64,000 bases of DNA from Malacoraja senta (GCA_038087875.1 CM075988.1:22074001-22138000), one strand, 5' to 3'. Numbered from the stretch's first letter, positions 36,601 to 51,600 are shown. The notes: generated by a model not told the origin, from the letters alone. Numbers and translations: made by a program.

Positions 36601-39600
36601 ACCCACGCCTCTATGCTCTTATAAAGTAGCTTGCATAAAGATGTGGGTAGACAAAAATGCTGGAGAAACTCAGCGGGTGGGGCAGCATCCATGGAGCGAA
36701 GGAAATGGGCGACGTTTGGGGTCGAGACCCTTCTTCAGATGTGATAATCTTAACCTTAGTTTTCAGCTAAAACAACTGATTGTAAAGTTGTCTTGTTTAT
36801 TATTCTGGAGGTGTTCTAGAAAAAAATACTTGGGGTGTGAGGATTGTGAAGATGCTCTTTAAATGGAAAGTGTTCGGGGTTCCTCAGAGAGCCAATAGTT
36901 GTACGCTAAGCAAGGAAGATCCAACATACATCTATCTATATACTATTAAAACTCTGTGTGTGTGTGTGTATGTGGATGTGTTTATTTATTTGTGGGTGTC
37001 ACATTTGCCCTTTGATTCCTTGCTCCGCCAAAACCACATGCGGAAACTCCGTGATCTTTTCCATTTCGCTAGACATTACACTTTTACCTACCCTAACACA
37101 TTCCTTATTAGATTTAGACATTATTATGTATACATTTTTTAATAAAATCCATCCCCCCCCCCCCCCCCCCACTCGCTCATTTTGTCTCCTCCTGCTGGCC
37201 AGCCACCATAACGGCTGCTGCCGACCGGCTCTGCTCCAAAAACTGTGCCATTTTTTTCCTTTCGCTAGTGATTTTAGCCCCGGGGTCTGAAGCACGTTCG
37301 GAGTCCAGACCCTACGGGTCTGCTCTTGGTCTAGTTACCATTATAGATGTTCTAGCACACATTCCACCAGCTTCTCTTCCTGCAGTGTACACGTGCATCT
37401 CCTCCACACTGTGAACTTATTTATTTATCCTACACCATCTCCTTTATAGGCGAAATAATAAGTAATTTGCAAAGACCTACTACAATTTGCGTAAAATGGC
37501 TATTTTGGGCAATTAAGATTATTTAATTGATCCTTGCTATTGATGGCCTCGAGCTACTGAGTTAGCTTGAAGTTCTTTTTGACATGTTGAGCTGAACATC
37601 TTACTAGTGTTAAGGAGATACAAAGAACTACAGATGTTGGTTTACAAAAAAAAGGCAATGCTGGAATAACTCAGTGGGTCAGGCAGCATCTGTGGAGAAG
37701 ATGGATAGGTGACATTTCTGCTTGGGATCTTTCTTCAGAAGCTTGTGGGTGCAGGGAGCAGCATCTATCCTAGCTACATCATCCCTATGACATTCCTCTA
37801 CTCTTATCAACTTGAATGACCTGTACACAATGCTGTGGTCAGTTTGCTCATCAGTGCTGCAGTTTCTGCTGTCATCCAGTCAAAGGACATTTATTATCAC
37901 ATACACCAATTGGTGTAGTGAAAATTGACTTGCCATTGCAGCACACCAATAAAAATAAGACACAACATTAAAGAATTTAACCATAAACATAAAAACACCC
38001 CCCCACAATGGTTCCCACTGTGAGGGGAGGCAGCAGAGTCCAGTCCCCATCCCCTGTTCACCCATGGTCGGGCCCATTGAGGTCTCTGCTACGGCAGCCC
38101 GATGCTTCAGGCCCTCTCCCCGGATGATGGAATTCCGGCGTCGGAAGAACACTCTCAGCGTCTCAGACTGCTGGAGCCGCTTGCACAAGTGCAAGGATTG
38201 ATGCTCCTGTCTTGATCCCTGTATGCTGCCTCTTGTCGTCACACCCCACTATTCCTCTTGGCTGACTAGTTCTACAGTTCTTAATCTAAGGGATGTGATC
38301 GACTTTTGGGGAAAAAAAGTGTTGAGATGTTCTCCTTCCAGGAAACATTGCAGTGTCCATATCTTGATCACCAGCTCATGACATGGTTTCCTGGAATATT
38401 CTTTCTTAAAGAGCTTTTGTAATAATATTGAAACCTTGAGTGACAGTATTACTTTGGTTGTCAGGCTGCATTGTGTAATTTTTAGGTTTGTTTTGCAGGA
38501 AGTGTTGCCAACCGTATCTTCCATCCAGTGCTATTTAACAAATGTTTGGATACGATTAAAAAGAACTGGCCGGCAGCAGATGGAGATTTCCGAAAACGGA
38601 AGAAGGACACTCAGGCAAAGAGTTCTCGAGGTGATGGCAAAGCAAGAAAGCGAGCCAGACCAGTTAGACAGAAAATTAATGAGGTATGCACCTTAATGTA
38701 AATCATGCATTTCTCAAAGGAATTCTGATTTTTGATTTGTCTGCTAAGAAAATAGTTTGGGGCCCTATATGTGTTATGAGAAATGGGAATTGTGCAGTAA
38801 ATCACTATACAAAACATGTCGGTGAGGAAATCCTGTTATTCACGATACGTGATTAGAAATTAGGATGAGAAATCATTAACTGCCACCATTATCGAAAGAT
38901 GTTTAGTGTCAATAGAGAAATACTGGCATTCCCTGGATTTCACAGTGTTCCATTCCTGAGAACCGTCTTTGCAGGGATGGAGCACTACTGTTCAATTCTG
39001 ACTTCAGGGTACTTTTGTCCAGAAGTCAGAAATGAACATTTTCAATGACGTGCATTTAACATGAATATTTACAAGATGTCTTTCTTCCTTTGTGTACAGA
39101 GTCACAATGTCCGCATCCTGTTGCCAGATTGCCTTAAAGTATCAATGGATTCCATTGTAAGGAGTGTTTTACAAGTGACAATAGAAGAGATTTGCCTTGT
39201 CAGTTTCCACAGCAAATCTCTTGATGGCGTCCTGTATGCACCAGCAATGCGTTCTTAGAGAGAACAAGAGTTGTTTTTGCAAAGAGTCTGCCTGGACATG
39301 CTGGGCCAAATGGCCTGATCCTGTGTTGGAGGCATTCTATAATTGATTACTGCTGCATAATGCACAGGACAGTTCTTCTCTTATTTTGGCTGATAACAGT
39401 GTGTTCCCAGATGAAATCCATTGAGCTGATAATTACTCGGGTATTCACAGGGCTCACATCAATGCTCTCTCGTCGGATGTGCATTCCTCCATTTCAGACG
39501 AAGGGGCTTGACCCGAAACAGTCACCAATTCCTTCTCTCCAGAGATGCTGCCTGTCCCATTGAGTTACTCCAGCATTTTGTCTGTCTTCCATTTCAGGAT

Positions 39601-42600
39601 ATGTTTGAGGAAGAAGATGATGAAGAAGATCCTGACTATTTGTCCACACGTGACCTGCTTCTAATCAGAAATGATATTTTCTCTCTGCTGAAGAATTTCC
39701 TGCGATTGCTTTCTAATTTCCCTTTGAAGGACAAACCCGATAGTGCTCTCCATTGTCTGCAGGTAAAGATATTACTTATTATAGTGTCGCTACTTTGAAT
39801 TAAAATGTTTTTTATTCTTTTAGTGTTTAGAGATACAGCGTGGAAACAGGCCGTTTGGGCCATCCAGTCCACACTGAGCAACGATCCCTGTACACTAAGA
39901 CTATCCTACACACACAGGGGACAATTTACAAATTTACCAAGCCAATTAACCTACAAACCTGTCTGTCCTTGGAATGCGGGAGGAAATCGGAGCACCCTGA
40001 GAAAACCCACGCAGGTCACGTGAAGAACGTACAAACTCTGTACAGACAGCACCCGTGGTCAGGATCGAACACGGGTCTGGCACTGTAGGCCAGCAACTCT
40101 ATCGCTGCGCTACTGTGCCACCCTACTCTGTTATGCTCCCTGTTTTTTTAAAACGTTCTAATATTTGACTCTTAATTGGGTCCTTGTCTCCTGCAGGTTG
40201 GTCTTTGGCTAGCGCAAGTATAATTGAATCTCTTTATCAAAATTATTTAATGTCATATGAGATCAGTGGGTCATTTTCTAAAGTACATCAAGCATGTTAT
40301 GTTAATAGTGTTCCTATTATTTAATAACGTTTCGTTGATAAGAATGCATGTGAAAATATAATAGTAAGTAAATCTGTGGAGCATAGACCTATTGAGTTGA
40401 GAAAAATATGTAGGAACGAATTACAGATACTGGTTTAAACTGAAGATAGGCACAAAATGCTGGAGTAACTCAGTGGGAAAGGCAGCATCTCTGGAGGGAA
40501 GGAATGGGTGATGTTTCGGGTCTAGAGAAGGGTCTCGACCTAAAACGTCACCCATTCCTTCTTTCCAGAGATGCTGCCTGTCCCGCTCTGCCATTTTGTG
40601 TCTACAGCATTTTGTTTACAGTTGAGAAACTTAGTTGGAGTTCAAAGACGAACCGATTATATGTTGATATGTTGCGATACTTTACTAGAGGAGCAAGTAG
40701 ACACGGATAGTTTTGTGTAATATTGTTTCTCAAGTTTTGTAACTGAGAATTGATTGTATTGGGTTTAATTGATACTGAGCTATTGTTTATATATTGTGTA
40801 TTTTCACTTTCTTTGCAGCTATTCACTGATCTGACCAATTTTGAACCTGTACCTGGAGGATTACAACTTTCAGATCCAATGTAAGTATGCAGATTCAGGG
40901 TTATGATAACGTGATGATTAAAGTACTAAATTAGCAAACCAGAGGCCTAAACGGTGATCCAGAGTAATACTGGCGAGACAATACACGGAAAAGTGTATTA
41001 CACTCAGCAGAGGGGGGAAAAGAAAGCAATGTTGGGGTAACTCAGCAGTTGGGCAACATCTTGGAGAATATTGATAGGTGACGTTTTGGGTCGGGACCCT
41101 TCTTTGGACTGATTGCCACTGGTGTGAGTTTGGTGAGAGTGGTAGGGGTGGAGAAAGTTGGATGAGACTCGGGGAAGGGCAAGGCCTGCCAGGTAATTGG
41201 TTGGTAGGCAAATAGTTGGACGAAGGCCAGAGATGACAAGACATAAGATGTGAGACAAAAGGGTTGATCAGTTGCAATTTGTGAAGCAAAAGGAAAGTAG
41301 GGGAGACCCAATTCATGGCAATAGACAAGTCCACATAAAACAAAAGTGGCAAGATGAACAATATATCGTCTTCCAACAAAGCACAATTGTAATCCTCGGG
41401 ACGCAACATTAAGTTTAACAAAACCAGCCTTTCTCGTTTGCATCAGAAATGGTCAGTGCAGATGAAAGGTTGTCAACCTGCAAGCTTAATTCTGTATCTC
41501 TCTTCATAGGTGCTGTCTGACCTGCTCCGTATTTCTAGCATTCTATTTTATTTCAAACTTTTAGCAACAACAGTGTTCTATATCTGTCAGCTCCAGCACA
41601 ATTCTTTTGTTGTGGTTGTCATTTCTGTTCTCTTGCAGTCAACAATTGAATGCTATTTATTGTCATTGAAGCCTAGGCTTGAACGAAATATCATTCCTAC
41701 AGTTTGTTTACATTACAAAAAAAAACAAGACCCACACTTAACACAGTTTACATAAACATCCATCACAGTGAGTCTCCAACACCTCCTCACTGTGATGGAA
41801 GGCAAAGTCTTATCTCTTCTATTTATTCTTCACCCGCGGTCCAGCAGTCCAACTGCAGCGTCTAGGCGAACTGGGGCTCCGGTGTTAAAGCCCCCGGCGA
41901 ACAAGTCAGCATTAGTGCCTTCACTCTCTTGCTCGGCACTGCATCACATGTGATGGAGTATCCACCTTCTCTATAATGTTTTCTAACTTTTGATAATTGT
42001 TTAGAGATACAGCGTGGAAACAGGCCCACCGGGTCCGCGCTGACCAGCGATCCCCGCACATTAACACTATCCCACTGGGGACAGTTTTTTTACATTTACC
42101 AAGCCAATTAACCTACATACCTGTACGTCTTTGGAGTGTGGGAGGAAACCGAAGAGCTCAGAGAAAACCCACGAGGAGAACGTACAAACTCCGTACAGAT
42201 AGCACCCGAAGTCGGGATCGAACCCGGGTCTCCGCCGCTGCATTCGCTATAAGGCAGCAACTTTACTGCTGCGCCACCGTGACCGTAGAAAATGTAGTTC
42301 TTTTCCCACAGATGCTGCCTGACCGTGGAATTTGCAGCATTTTCTATTTTTATTCAAATCAAATGGTTACCTTTACAAAAGTAATTCTCTAGCATGTGTC
42401 TGAAGAAGGGTCTCGACCCGAAACGTCACCTGTTCCTTCGCTCCGTAGATTCTGCCTCACCCGCTGAATTTCTCCAGCATTTTTGTCTACCTTCGATTTT
42501 TCCAGCATCTGCAGTTCTTTCTTAAACTCTAGCATGTTTTTCAAATTTATTTTTAATTAATTTCAAGTTTTTCGGATATAATGCTTGGGAATTCAACAAT

Positions 42601-45600
42601 GGCCTTAAACATTATCCAAGAGGAGCTGGCAATATTTGCAATATATTCTTACTAAGCTCATATGTATATTTAAAATCAAGTTGAATGGATTTTTAATATC
42701 AATTTCACCTCTTTTGTTTTTTGCTAGAAACTTCGAAAGAACGAAGACTGTGCCTGAATTAGCATATTATGGACTTAAATTGCTGTGTTCACCCAAACAT
42801 GGTGATGTTGATAAGGTACTGTTTTATTTTTATTTTTCCATAAGGTTTGTTTTGGCACATTTGAAATAATTAATATAATGCATTTAAAAATATATATATT
42901 TTCAGACACTACGTTGCCTGTTTCAAAGACTGTTGAGTATAATATTAATGTTGGATGGTGTGAATGGCACCAGATCTGTTGCTCTCTTGGGAGTGGGACA
43001 ACGAACTATCATTGCCAGAGATCAAGCCATTGCATTTGTCAGGTCAGTAATTCTCACCAAACTTTTCTTTTTAGAACAAATTCTAGGGTTTGTGCAGTTT
43101 ATCACATTTAAGAATGGAGTTGACCAGATAACTACGTGGGAATTTCTTGATTGAAACAAATGTGAAACTTCTTTAGCCAAGTTTAATTTGCCACCTTGTT
43201 ATAAGAGTTGTTGACTAATCGTGGTAATCTCTCAACTTGTCTACAACAAACCCAAGATGGACACTAGGAATCCCAATGTAAAATTAATTTTGGAAAGACT
43301 AAGCAGATCAAGCGCAATTTGTGGGGAGACGAGCATTTGATGACCATTCATCAGATATAGTGATGGTTAGAAATCAAAGATGTTCTAACTGCGTAAGAGG
43401 AAAAATAGAGAGAACAACGAAAATATCTGATAGTGTGCTGAGCAAGAAAGACTGAATGATTTTGATGAGACCACGCTTGGAGTACTGTGTTCAGATTTGG
43501 ACACCCTGTTATAGGAAGAATGTCCTGAGGCTGGAAAGAATGCAATCAAAATTAACGAGGATGTTGCCAGGACTTGAGGGCTCGTGTTGTAAGGAAAGGT
43601 TGGGAAGGTAGGAGGTTGAGGGCTGATCTTGTAGAGGTGTATAAAATCAAGAGGGAAATAGGGTAAATGCACAGTTTTTTCCCCAGAGTAGGGGAATCAA
43701 GAACCCGATGACAAAGGTTTATGGTGAGAGGGGAAAGATTTAATAGGAACCTGAAGGGCAACTTTTTTCCACTGAGGCTGGTGGGTATATGGAATGAGCT
43801 GCCAGAGAAGGTGGTGGAGGCAGATACTAGACAGTTGGACAGGTATATGGATAGGAAATACTTAGAGGGATAGGGACCAAACACAGGCAAAACAGATGAG
43901 TGGGGCATCTTAGTTGACATGGATGAGCTGGGAGAAAGGGTCTGTTTACATGCTGTATGATTCTATGACATAAGATGGTGCTGGTTCACCTGAGACATTC
44001 ATTCATGAGCACAGGAGCAAGGCCAACACCAAAAATAAGATCAGCAGTTGTTAAGGTTGAACACAGTGAGTAACAAATCCTGTCAGAGGGAGTAGCCAAA
44101 TTCAAGTTGTAAATGTATATTGGACCCATGAAGCAAAATGATGATGCTTTAGATAGCTCCCATCACAGCTTGTCACTAGCCCTTTGGTCTTCTCCTGAAA
44201 ATCAGTTTGATAGAAGACTGGAACTAGTTATTTTAATAGGCTTGATATGAAGTACCTCAATAAATTTGGAGAACTGGCATGTAATCAGATCATTTGGCCC
44301 ACTGTGTGTGCTGTTCATCAAACACTTACTACAATCCCATTTTTCACCTTGCATCCCCATCAAGCCTTCCCCCTAACCCTTCTGTCCTTCTGCCACCTAC
44401 CTACAATTGGAACAAATCTCAGGACACAATAAAGCTACCAACCAGTACATCTGTGCCATGAAACTGGAGCACGTAACAAAAATACACACAAACACAAAGA
44501 GAATGTGCAAACTCTACATATTACACCAGGGGACTATAATGATTTCTGGTGTGGAGCTGTGAAGCAAGCAATAGCTTGCATGTAGTCATCCATATTTTTG
44601 ATCATTGGTTTCAATTATTTTGATTTCTATGCTAATTATATATCAAATGTAAGGAATATTGTGTATCTGAAATAAAATGTAATTGGCTAATTAATTCATC
44701 TAATGCTGGAATTTGTTATGATTGTGAAACTTTTTTTTGTAGCTACATTTTGGATGAAGTGAAGGAGCCTGCGTTGCCCGTTCTTCGAATTTTGCTGCAA
44801 CACATTTGCACTAAGGTTTGAAAATTCTTACAAATCTTATTTGATAGTTACCAATCTTTGGACTGTTGATTGTGGAAACAAATGAAACTCGGAAAGGAAT
44901 GTCATCCACTGCGTTCATCCACTGATCTATTCACCCGGTATGCAAACTGCAGGGGGTCCAGCAGGGGGTTTGTTTCTTCAAGTAATTCACTTCCATCACC
45001 TGCCAGGGCAAGGAATTTTAGAGATTCAACACCCTCTGCAGGAAATGAATTCTACGAACTGCAGTTGTAAAAGATCAGCCCCCTCGTCTTGTAGTTAAGT
45101 TACTGTTTGAGGTTCTCCTGCTGGCAAAAGCATTGCAGTGTCTCCCCTGGCAAGCCCACTCAGGACCTTGTGTTTATTGCCTTCCATCACAGTCAGGACT
45201 GTTGATTCCACTGTGGTGGATGTTTATATTAAATTTTATTTTATGTGACTGTGTATTGTTGCTTTTCACTTAGTATGGCTGTATGGTAACAAATATCACC
45301 GTACCTTAATTGGTGCATGTGACAATGAACACGAACTTGAACTTGAATAAGGTAATTCCTTGATAAAAGTAGGGTTTTTTATAAAAGGAGGCATAACGAG
45401 CAGATTACTCGTGAGAAACCTCGATTAAGCACTGCTTTGGCCACATGTTGTCTCCAGTTTTTTTAATGAAAGAGGCGATGGCTTTGGAGAGAGTGTGAAT
45501 GACTTTTGATAGAGTGATTCCAGGTTCTGTGGAACAGAGAAGGTTGCTAGAGATTGTAATGGATATATTTTGTATCATGAAGACTAAATGGAGAATGAGA

Positions 45601-48600
45601 GAGAAAATATTCCCATTGGTAGCAAGAACTAGAAAACATAAACTAGAGGTGGTTGTCGAGGGCCAGAAGTCACATGAGAAAAAAAAATCCTACCAGGCAA
45701 GTGGTCAGAGTATGGAATGTATGGTGTTTAAGAAGGAACTGCAGATGCTGGAAAATGGAAGGTACACAAAAACCCTTCTTCAGACTGTTGGGGGGTGGGG
45801 AGAAGAAAGGAAAAAGGCGGAGGAGGAGCCCGAGGGTTGAGGGATGGGAGAAGACAGCCCGAGGGCTGAGGAAGGGGAGGAGACAGCAAGAAGTGTTTCG
45901 GCCCGAAACGTTGCCTATTTCCTTTGCTCCATGGATGCTGCTGCACCCGCTGAGTTTCTCCAGCATTTTTGTGTACCATGGAATGTATGGTGGTAGTTGA
46001 GTCCGATTCAATTGTAGCTTTTGAAAAGGAACTGAATAAGTATCTAAAAAGGAAGTATTTACAGAGCTATAGTGAGTGATCAGAACAGTGGGACCAGCAT
46101 GATTGTTGTGTAGGGTCCAGTACAGATTTGATGTGCCTAATGTTCTTTCTTGTGGCGCTGTTCTGTGTTCAGCACCTGCATATTCCCAGCTTGCACCATA
46201 CTTACCGGCATCTCCACAGATGTGTAGAGCTTGTATGTGTACATTGTGTAAGTGTTGACAATTATTTGATTAATTGGATATGCCATAGGCTAGATAATAT
46301 AACGGTGTGAAAAATATACATCTTCTAGATGCGCTGAGACACATCCTCAGTGATGTGATCTGGGGTCATCGGGTGTTTCGGGTCTCACAACATCAGACAC
46401 CCTCGCCCAGGCGACCCAGCCGGGGTTGATCAGGCCCCGACTTGCGTCCCAGCAGCAACCGCCCACGGATCAGCCATCATAATAACTACTCTGCAGGGGT
46501 TGGGAGACTAGTGCGTGGAGGGACTGGGCTCTGTGGGGTGAGTCCTGGCCGGGCTCCTCCTGCGTCTCACCAGGTTCAAGGCCTTTCTCCGAGCATTTCA
46601 TTCTCGCCTGATGGATATTTAGGCCACGGTGGTTCATTAGGCCTTTCCGTAGCTTTATTGGGTGTCTTTCTCACGAAAGACACAGACTGGGATGCTAACC
46701 CATGCCGTCTTTCCGTGCCCGTCAACTGTCTCTCCAGTGGTCACCAGACTATTCTTGGTTGTCACCCAGTCTATTCCTCGGTGCCACTTGCTGAGCCAGA
46801 CTCCAGTGTGAAAAATATACATCTTCTAGATGCGCTAAACTTGCACAGGCACGTAATGAATGGCAGACCAGATTCTTAGTGATTAATTAAGGTTTGTGTT
46901 GCTAAGGTTCTGAGAAAACTCTATGTATAGATCTGTGAAATTTTAAGATGCTTTTATTTGACATTTCATGCAAAAAAAAAGACAATTGTGACAAATAAGC
47001 CATCCCTCGGAGCAGAAATATTAGTTTGAAGTACTTGCATGAGCTTGTGGAGAGGCTTGAATTCAAAATCATCTGACTCGGTGACTGTAATTAACAGAGC
47101 CCAGCCTGCATGTAATCCCCCGAGGCTGACTCACTGTCCTTTTGCCTTGGCTGCTTTGAGTTTTGACTGAATGGATTTCACTTCCTATAAAACCAGTTAA
47201 CTATATACAAAACTGACTTTAGATTTTAGAGATACAGTGCAGAAACAGGCTCTTCAGCCCACCGAGTCCACACCAACTAGAAATCACCCTATACACTAAC
47301 ACTATCCTACAAACTAGGGACAATTTAGAATTTTGCCGAAGCCAATTAACCTACGTCTGGGGTGTGGAGGGGATCTGGAGCACCCAAAGAAAACCCACAT
47401 GGTCACAGGAAGAACATACAGACTCTATACAGACCGCACCCAGTCAGGATTGAACCCTGGTCTCTGGCATTGTAAGAAAGCAACTCTACTGCTGTGCCAT
47501 TGTACCACTGCTTGATACACTACCCACAAACTGGGTACTGGATTCTTGTACATCACCCATTAAACAATCTGCAGTGTCTCTTTGTGCCTCTTTGTTTTAT
47601 TATTCATTCACATGAAAGTCATTGACATTTGTTGCCGCGTCTTAATTGCCCTCCGGGGGCAGTGGTGAGCAATTACCAGAACTGCTGCTTCCACAGTGCT
47701 GGAACAACTCGGCCAAAGAAAGGTTGTGCCCCAAACATCACCTATCTATGGCCTCGAGAGATGCTACCTGTCCCCTGAGTTACTCCAGTATGTTTTGTTT
47801 TTATGTGCTTTTGTTATGGTGTTGGAGTTTGAAGTGGAGAGATACAGAATGAAACCAGGCCTTCATCCCAGCAAGTCTGTGTTAGCCATCAGCTGCTCAT
47901 TTAATCCATCCTACATAAATCCCATTATTTATTCTCCCTGCATTCCAATCAACGCTACCCAGTGTCTCCCGCTAACCTACTGCACACTAGGAACAATTTA
48001 CTTTGGTCAATCAGCCTACTGTCCCCAGTGTTTTGGGATGTGGGAAGAAACTGGAGCACCTGGAAGAAATTTACAGTCGCAGGCAATCGTGCAAACTCCA
48101 CACCGACAGCACCTGAGGTCAGGGTCAAAACCGGGTCTCAAACGCTGTGAGGTAGTGGCTCTACCAGTTATGCCTATACGCTGTCCAAAATTCAAAATAA
48201 TGTTTTGAACTTTGGAAAAGTGTAATTTCAATGTTTCCAAAGCATTTCCATACATGATCCAACTTGCTCATAACTGAGCTCGAACAATAACTGTTCATTC
48301 ACCATTTTTGGGTCTAAATTGTGCAACTCTTAAAACAGGTGCATTGGAGTGGCTTCATCACAAGGTCTGCAGGAGTGCATGGAAGTGGCACGATAACGCC
48401 ACCTTGAGGGTACCTAGGGATGTGCAGTAGATTCTGGTCTTGCAGATACCAATTTGCTACATAAAGTGTAGGAAGGAACTGCAGATGCAGGTTTAAACAA
48501 GATTAACACAAAAAGCTGGAGTAACTCAGCTGGACAGACAGCATCTCTGGAGAAAAGGAATGGGTGACGTTTCAGGTCGAGGCTCTTCTTCAGACATAAA

Positions 48601-51600
48601 TATAATGTATTTATAAAAGTTTACATTGTGTAAAAAAAAATACAGAGATGGAAAAGGTACAAAAAAAGGATAAAATGGGATGACATCGGACCTAAGAGGA
48701 TATACCTGTCAGAGAAGAATAAACAGGTGGGGACACAAGGAACTGCAGGTGCTGGAATCTTGCATAGAACACAAAGTGCTCCATGTGTGGAAGTAATGGA
48801 CAGGTGACATTTCAGGACAGGAGCCTTCTTCAAACCCAAACAGATGAATCTTCCTTCTGGATAAAAATGAAAACTTCATGTCATTAAAGATCAGTATGAG
48901 TTTGAGAGGGTAGGTCAGGTGTTATAGATGCTGAAAACTCTGGAAAAATTGGAAATACTGGAGGTACTCATTGGTCTGGTAGGAACGACGGAGTGAGAAC
49001 CAGTATTAATCTTTCTGGTTACATGAGATAGCAGATGTTGGAAAACATCTAGTGCAAAAAAACAAATGGCTGGAGGAACTCAGCAGGTCGTACAATACCT
49101 GTAGAGGGAAATAGGCAGATGACATTTGACCTGAAATGTCATCTGACCATTTCCCTCCAAAGGTGCTGCCTGGCTCATTGAATTCCTCCAATAGTTTGTT
49201 TCTTCTTTCTGGCTGATGACTTGCATTGGAACTGGGAAAAAATTCTCTGACAATGTTTACTTTTAGACTGTTTCACCTTGTGGGATGGCGATGGTAGGAT
49301 ATGGCTATGTTCTGGAGCTCACATGGACAAAGGTGGCCACAAAGTGTCCAGCCATGGGAGTGGGCAAGATGTATACTGGCTCAAATATAGCTTTGGAAGA
49401 TATGCCGTATTGATTGATTTATTGCAAGTGTCCATGTTGCAGATTGTCAGAAGAAATAATATTTACAGTCTAGTATAGTATGATAAGGAGGGTTTTACAT
49501 TTGGGGATTTGGACTTTGGAAGAGTTTATCAATAGAGTGCGTAGAGAAAATGCTTCCGCTGTTGGAGCAGTATAGAGTGAAGAGACATAGTATAACATCG
49601 CTCTGCGGAGAAGATCCAAAGTATGATGGAAGTATGGAATCTTTAATAAAACCAAAAAAATGTTAACTCAATTAATATTTTCAAGTCTGTACGGAGTTTG
49701 TACATTTTCCCTGTGACCTGCGGGGGGTTTCTCTGGGTGTTTCCTCCCCAATCCAAAGATGTACAGGTTTGTAGGCTAAATGGCTTGGTAAAAATTGTAA
49801 ATTGTCCTAGGTGTGTGTAATAAGATGATGTTAGTGTGCGTGGATCACTGGTCGGCACAGGCTCGGTGGGCCGAAGGGCCTGTATCACTAAACTGAGCTA
49901 AGCTAAAGTCTGAGATTTTGATTTTTGCTTATTGTGAATATTGAGGGATATTGGTATACAGAGCAGCTTCAAATAAGTGAAAGTCAGAACAAGCTGTGAA
50001 AGGGCTGAATGTTCTCCTGTTTATCCTGTATAGTATTTGATACCAGTGTTATATATATATATTGCAGGTGCCAGATAAAGCGGAATTTCGGACGCATGGT
50101 GCCCAAGCCCTGGTGAAATTGCTAACTAAACTTTCTTCTGCGGATTATGTTGCTTTCTTGGATTGGTTCCATAAATATTCACTTAACAGCAAGGTAAGAA
50201 ACAATATGAGTGTGTGTTTATCTTCATTAGTGGAGAGGGGTGTCTGCTGATTTTCAGAACCAAACTGATTTTGTCTGAAGAAGGGTCACCCATTCCTTCT
50301 CTCCGGGGATGCTGCCTGTCCCGCTGATTTACTCCAGCTTTTGATTTTTATTCCATTAGTTTTACCAGGTTTCTATGAGTGCTGGCAATCTGCGCCACCC
50401 GTTTACTATTTCAGCTATGGAGATTAAATCTACACCAATCTTTTTATTTTGCACAATGATGCTACACAATGAGACAATATTTTACCATCCTTTTCACTAA
50501 ATTCAAAGTATAAGTATTCCATGATGTGATCTTATTTTTACTTCATCATTTTATCATTTTCTTTTATAGAGATCATAAGTTCATGATCACTGCACAGAAA
50601 AGGCCTGGATGCCACCAAATTCCTGGCCCCTAAGCATAATTTAAACTATTCTCTCACTAATCTCATTTTATTCCCGTATTCCCATCTGCTCCTCCCCATT
50701 TCTTTCACCTTTCTCTACAATATTTTAGGTTTATCATTGTCATTTGGCCTGAGATACAATGAAAAGCTTTGTTTTGGATGCTGTCCAAACAGGTTAGATA
50801 ATACTGTTCAGAAGCCTGATAACAGAAGGGAAGGATCCGTCTTGGCATCTGGTGGTGTGCACGTTCAAGCTTCTGTACCTTCTGCCTGACTAGAACAGGG
50901 AGAAAAAGAAATGTCCAGGGTGGGACAAGTCTTTGATTACATTGGCTGCTTTTCCAAGGTAGCATGAAATGCAGATGGAGTCAGAGGGAAGTCTGGTCTG
51001 TGTGATGAACTGCCTTACATCCACCACCCGCTGTAATTTCTGTAATAGTCTTTCCGCCGACTGGAAAGCACACAACAAAAAAGCTTTTCACTCTACCTTG
51101 GTACACATGGCGATTAAACTAAACTGATTTACGGTGTCCAATTAACCCATCGGCTCGCATTTAGTTTCATGTATTATTGTCATGTGTACCAAAGTACAGT
51201 GATAAGCTTTGGTATCAGGGAGGAAAAAAGGCAACAACGCACAAAATCGGGATCGAGTTGTGTGTTCCTGAATCTGTGAAGCAGCAACTATAATTCTATA
51301 ATTATGTTGCTCTACATGTTTAGTCTCCTGCATAATAGATGACAAAGGTAACGTACTGTGTTTTGTTTCTCTTGCTTTTAGATTTCTTATAGAAATTTTG
51401 CGTTGGATGTAATAATGGCTTTGCTGAAATTACCTGATAGGAGAGAAGACCCTTCACTTCAGCCAGAGCATCAGAAGTATCTCGATAACAAGTATTGGAT
51501 CCAGGTGGTGATCTTGGATAGATGCTCCGATAAAGCCCCTACAGTCCGGAGCAGGGCACTCTCTTGTCTTGCCCAATGTTTAGACTTGAATATTTCATTG

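Noticed and set aside
46355..46405. Hammerhead-like CTGATG...GAAAC on the minus strand
   Set aside because: Lacks the conserved A of CUGANGA and has no convincing helix I or II.
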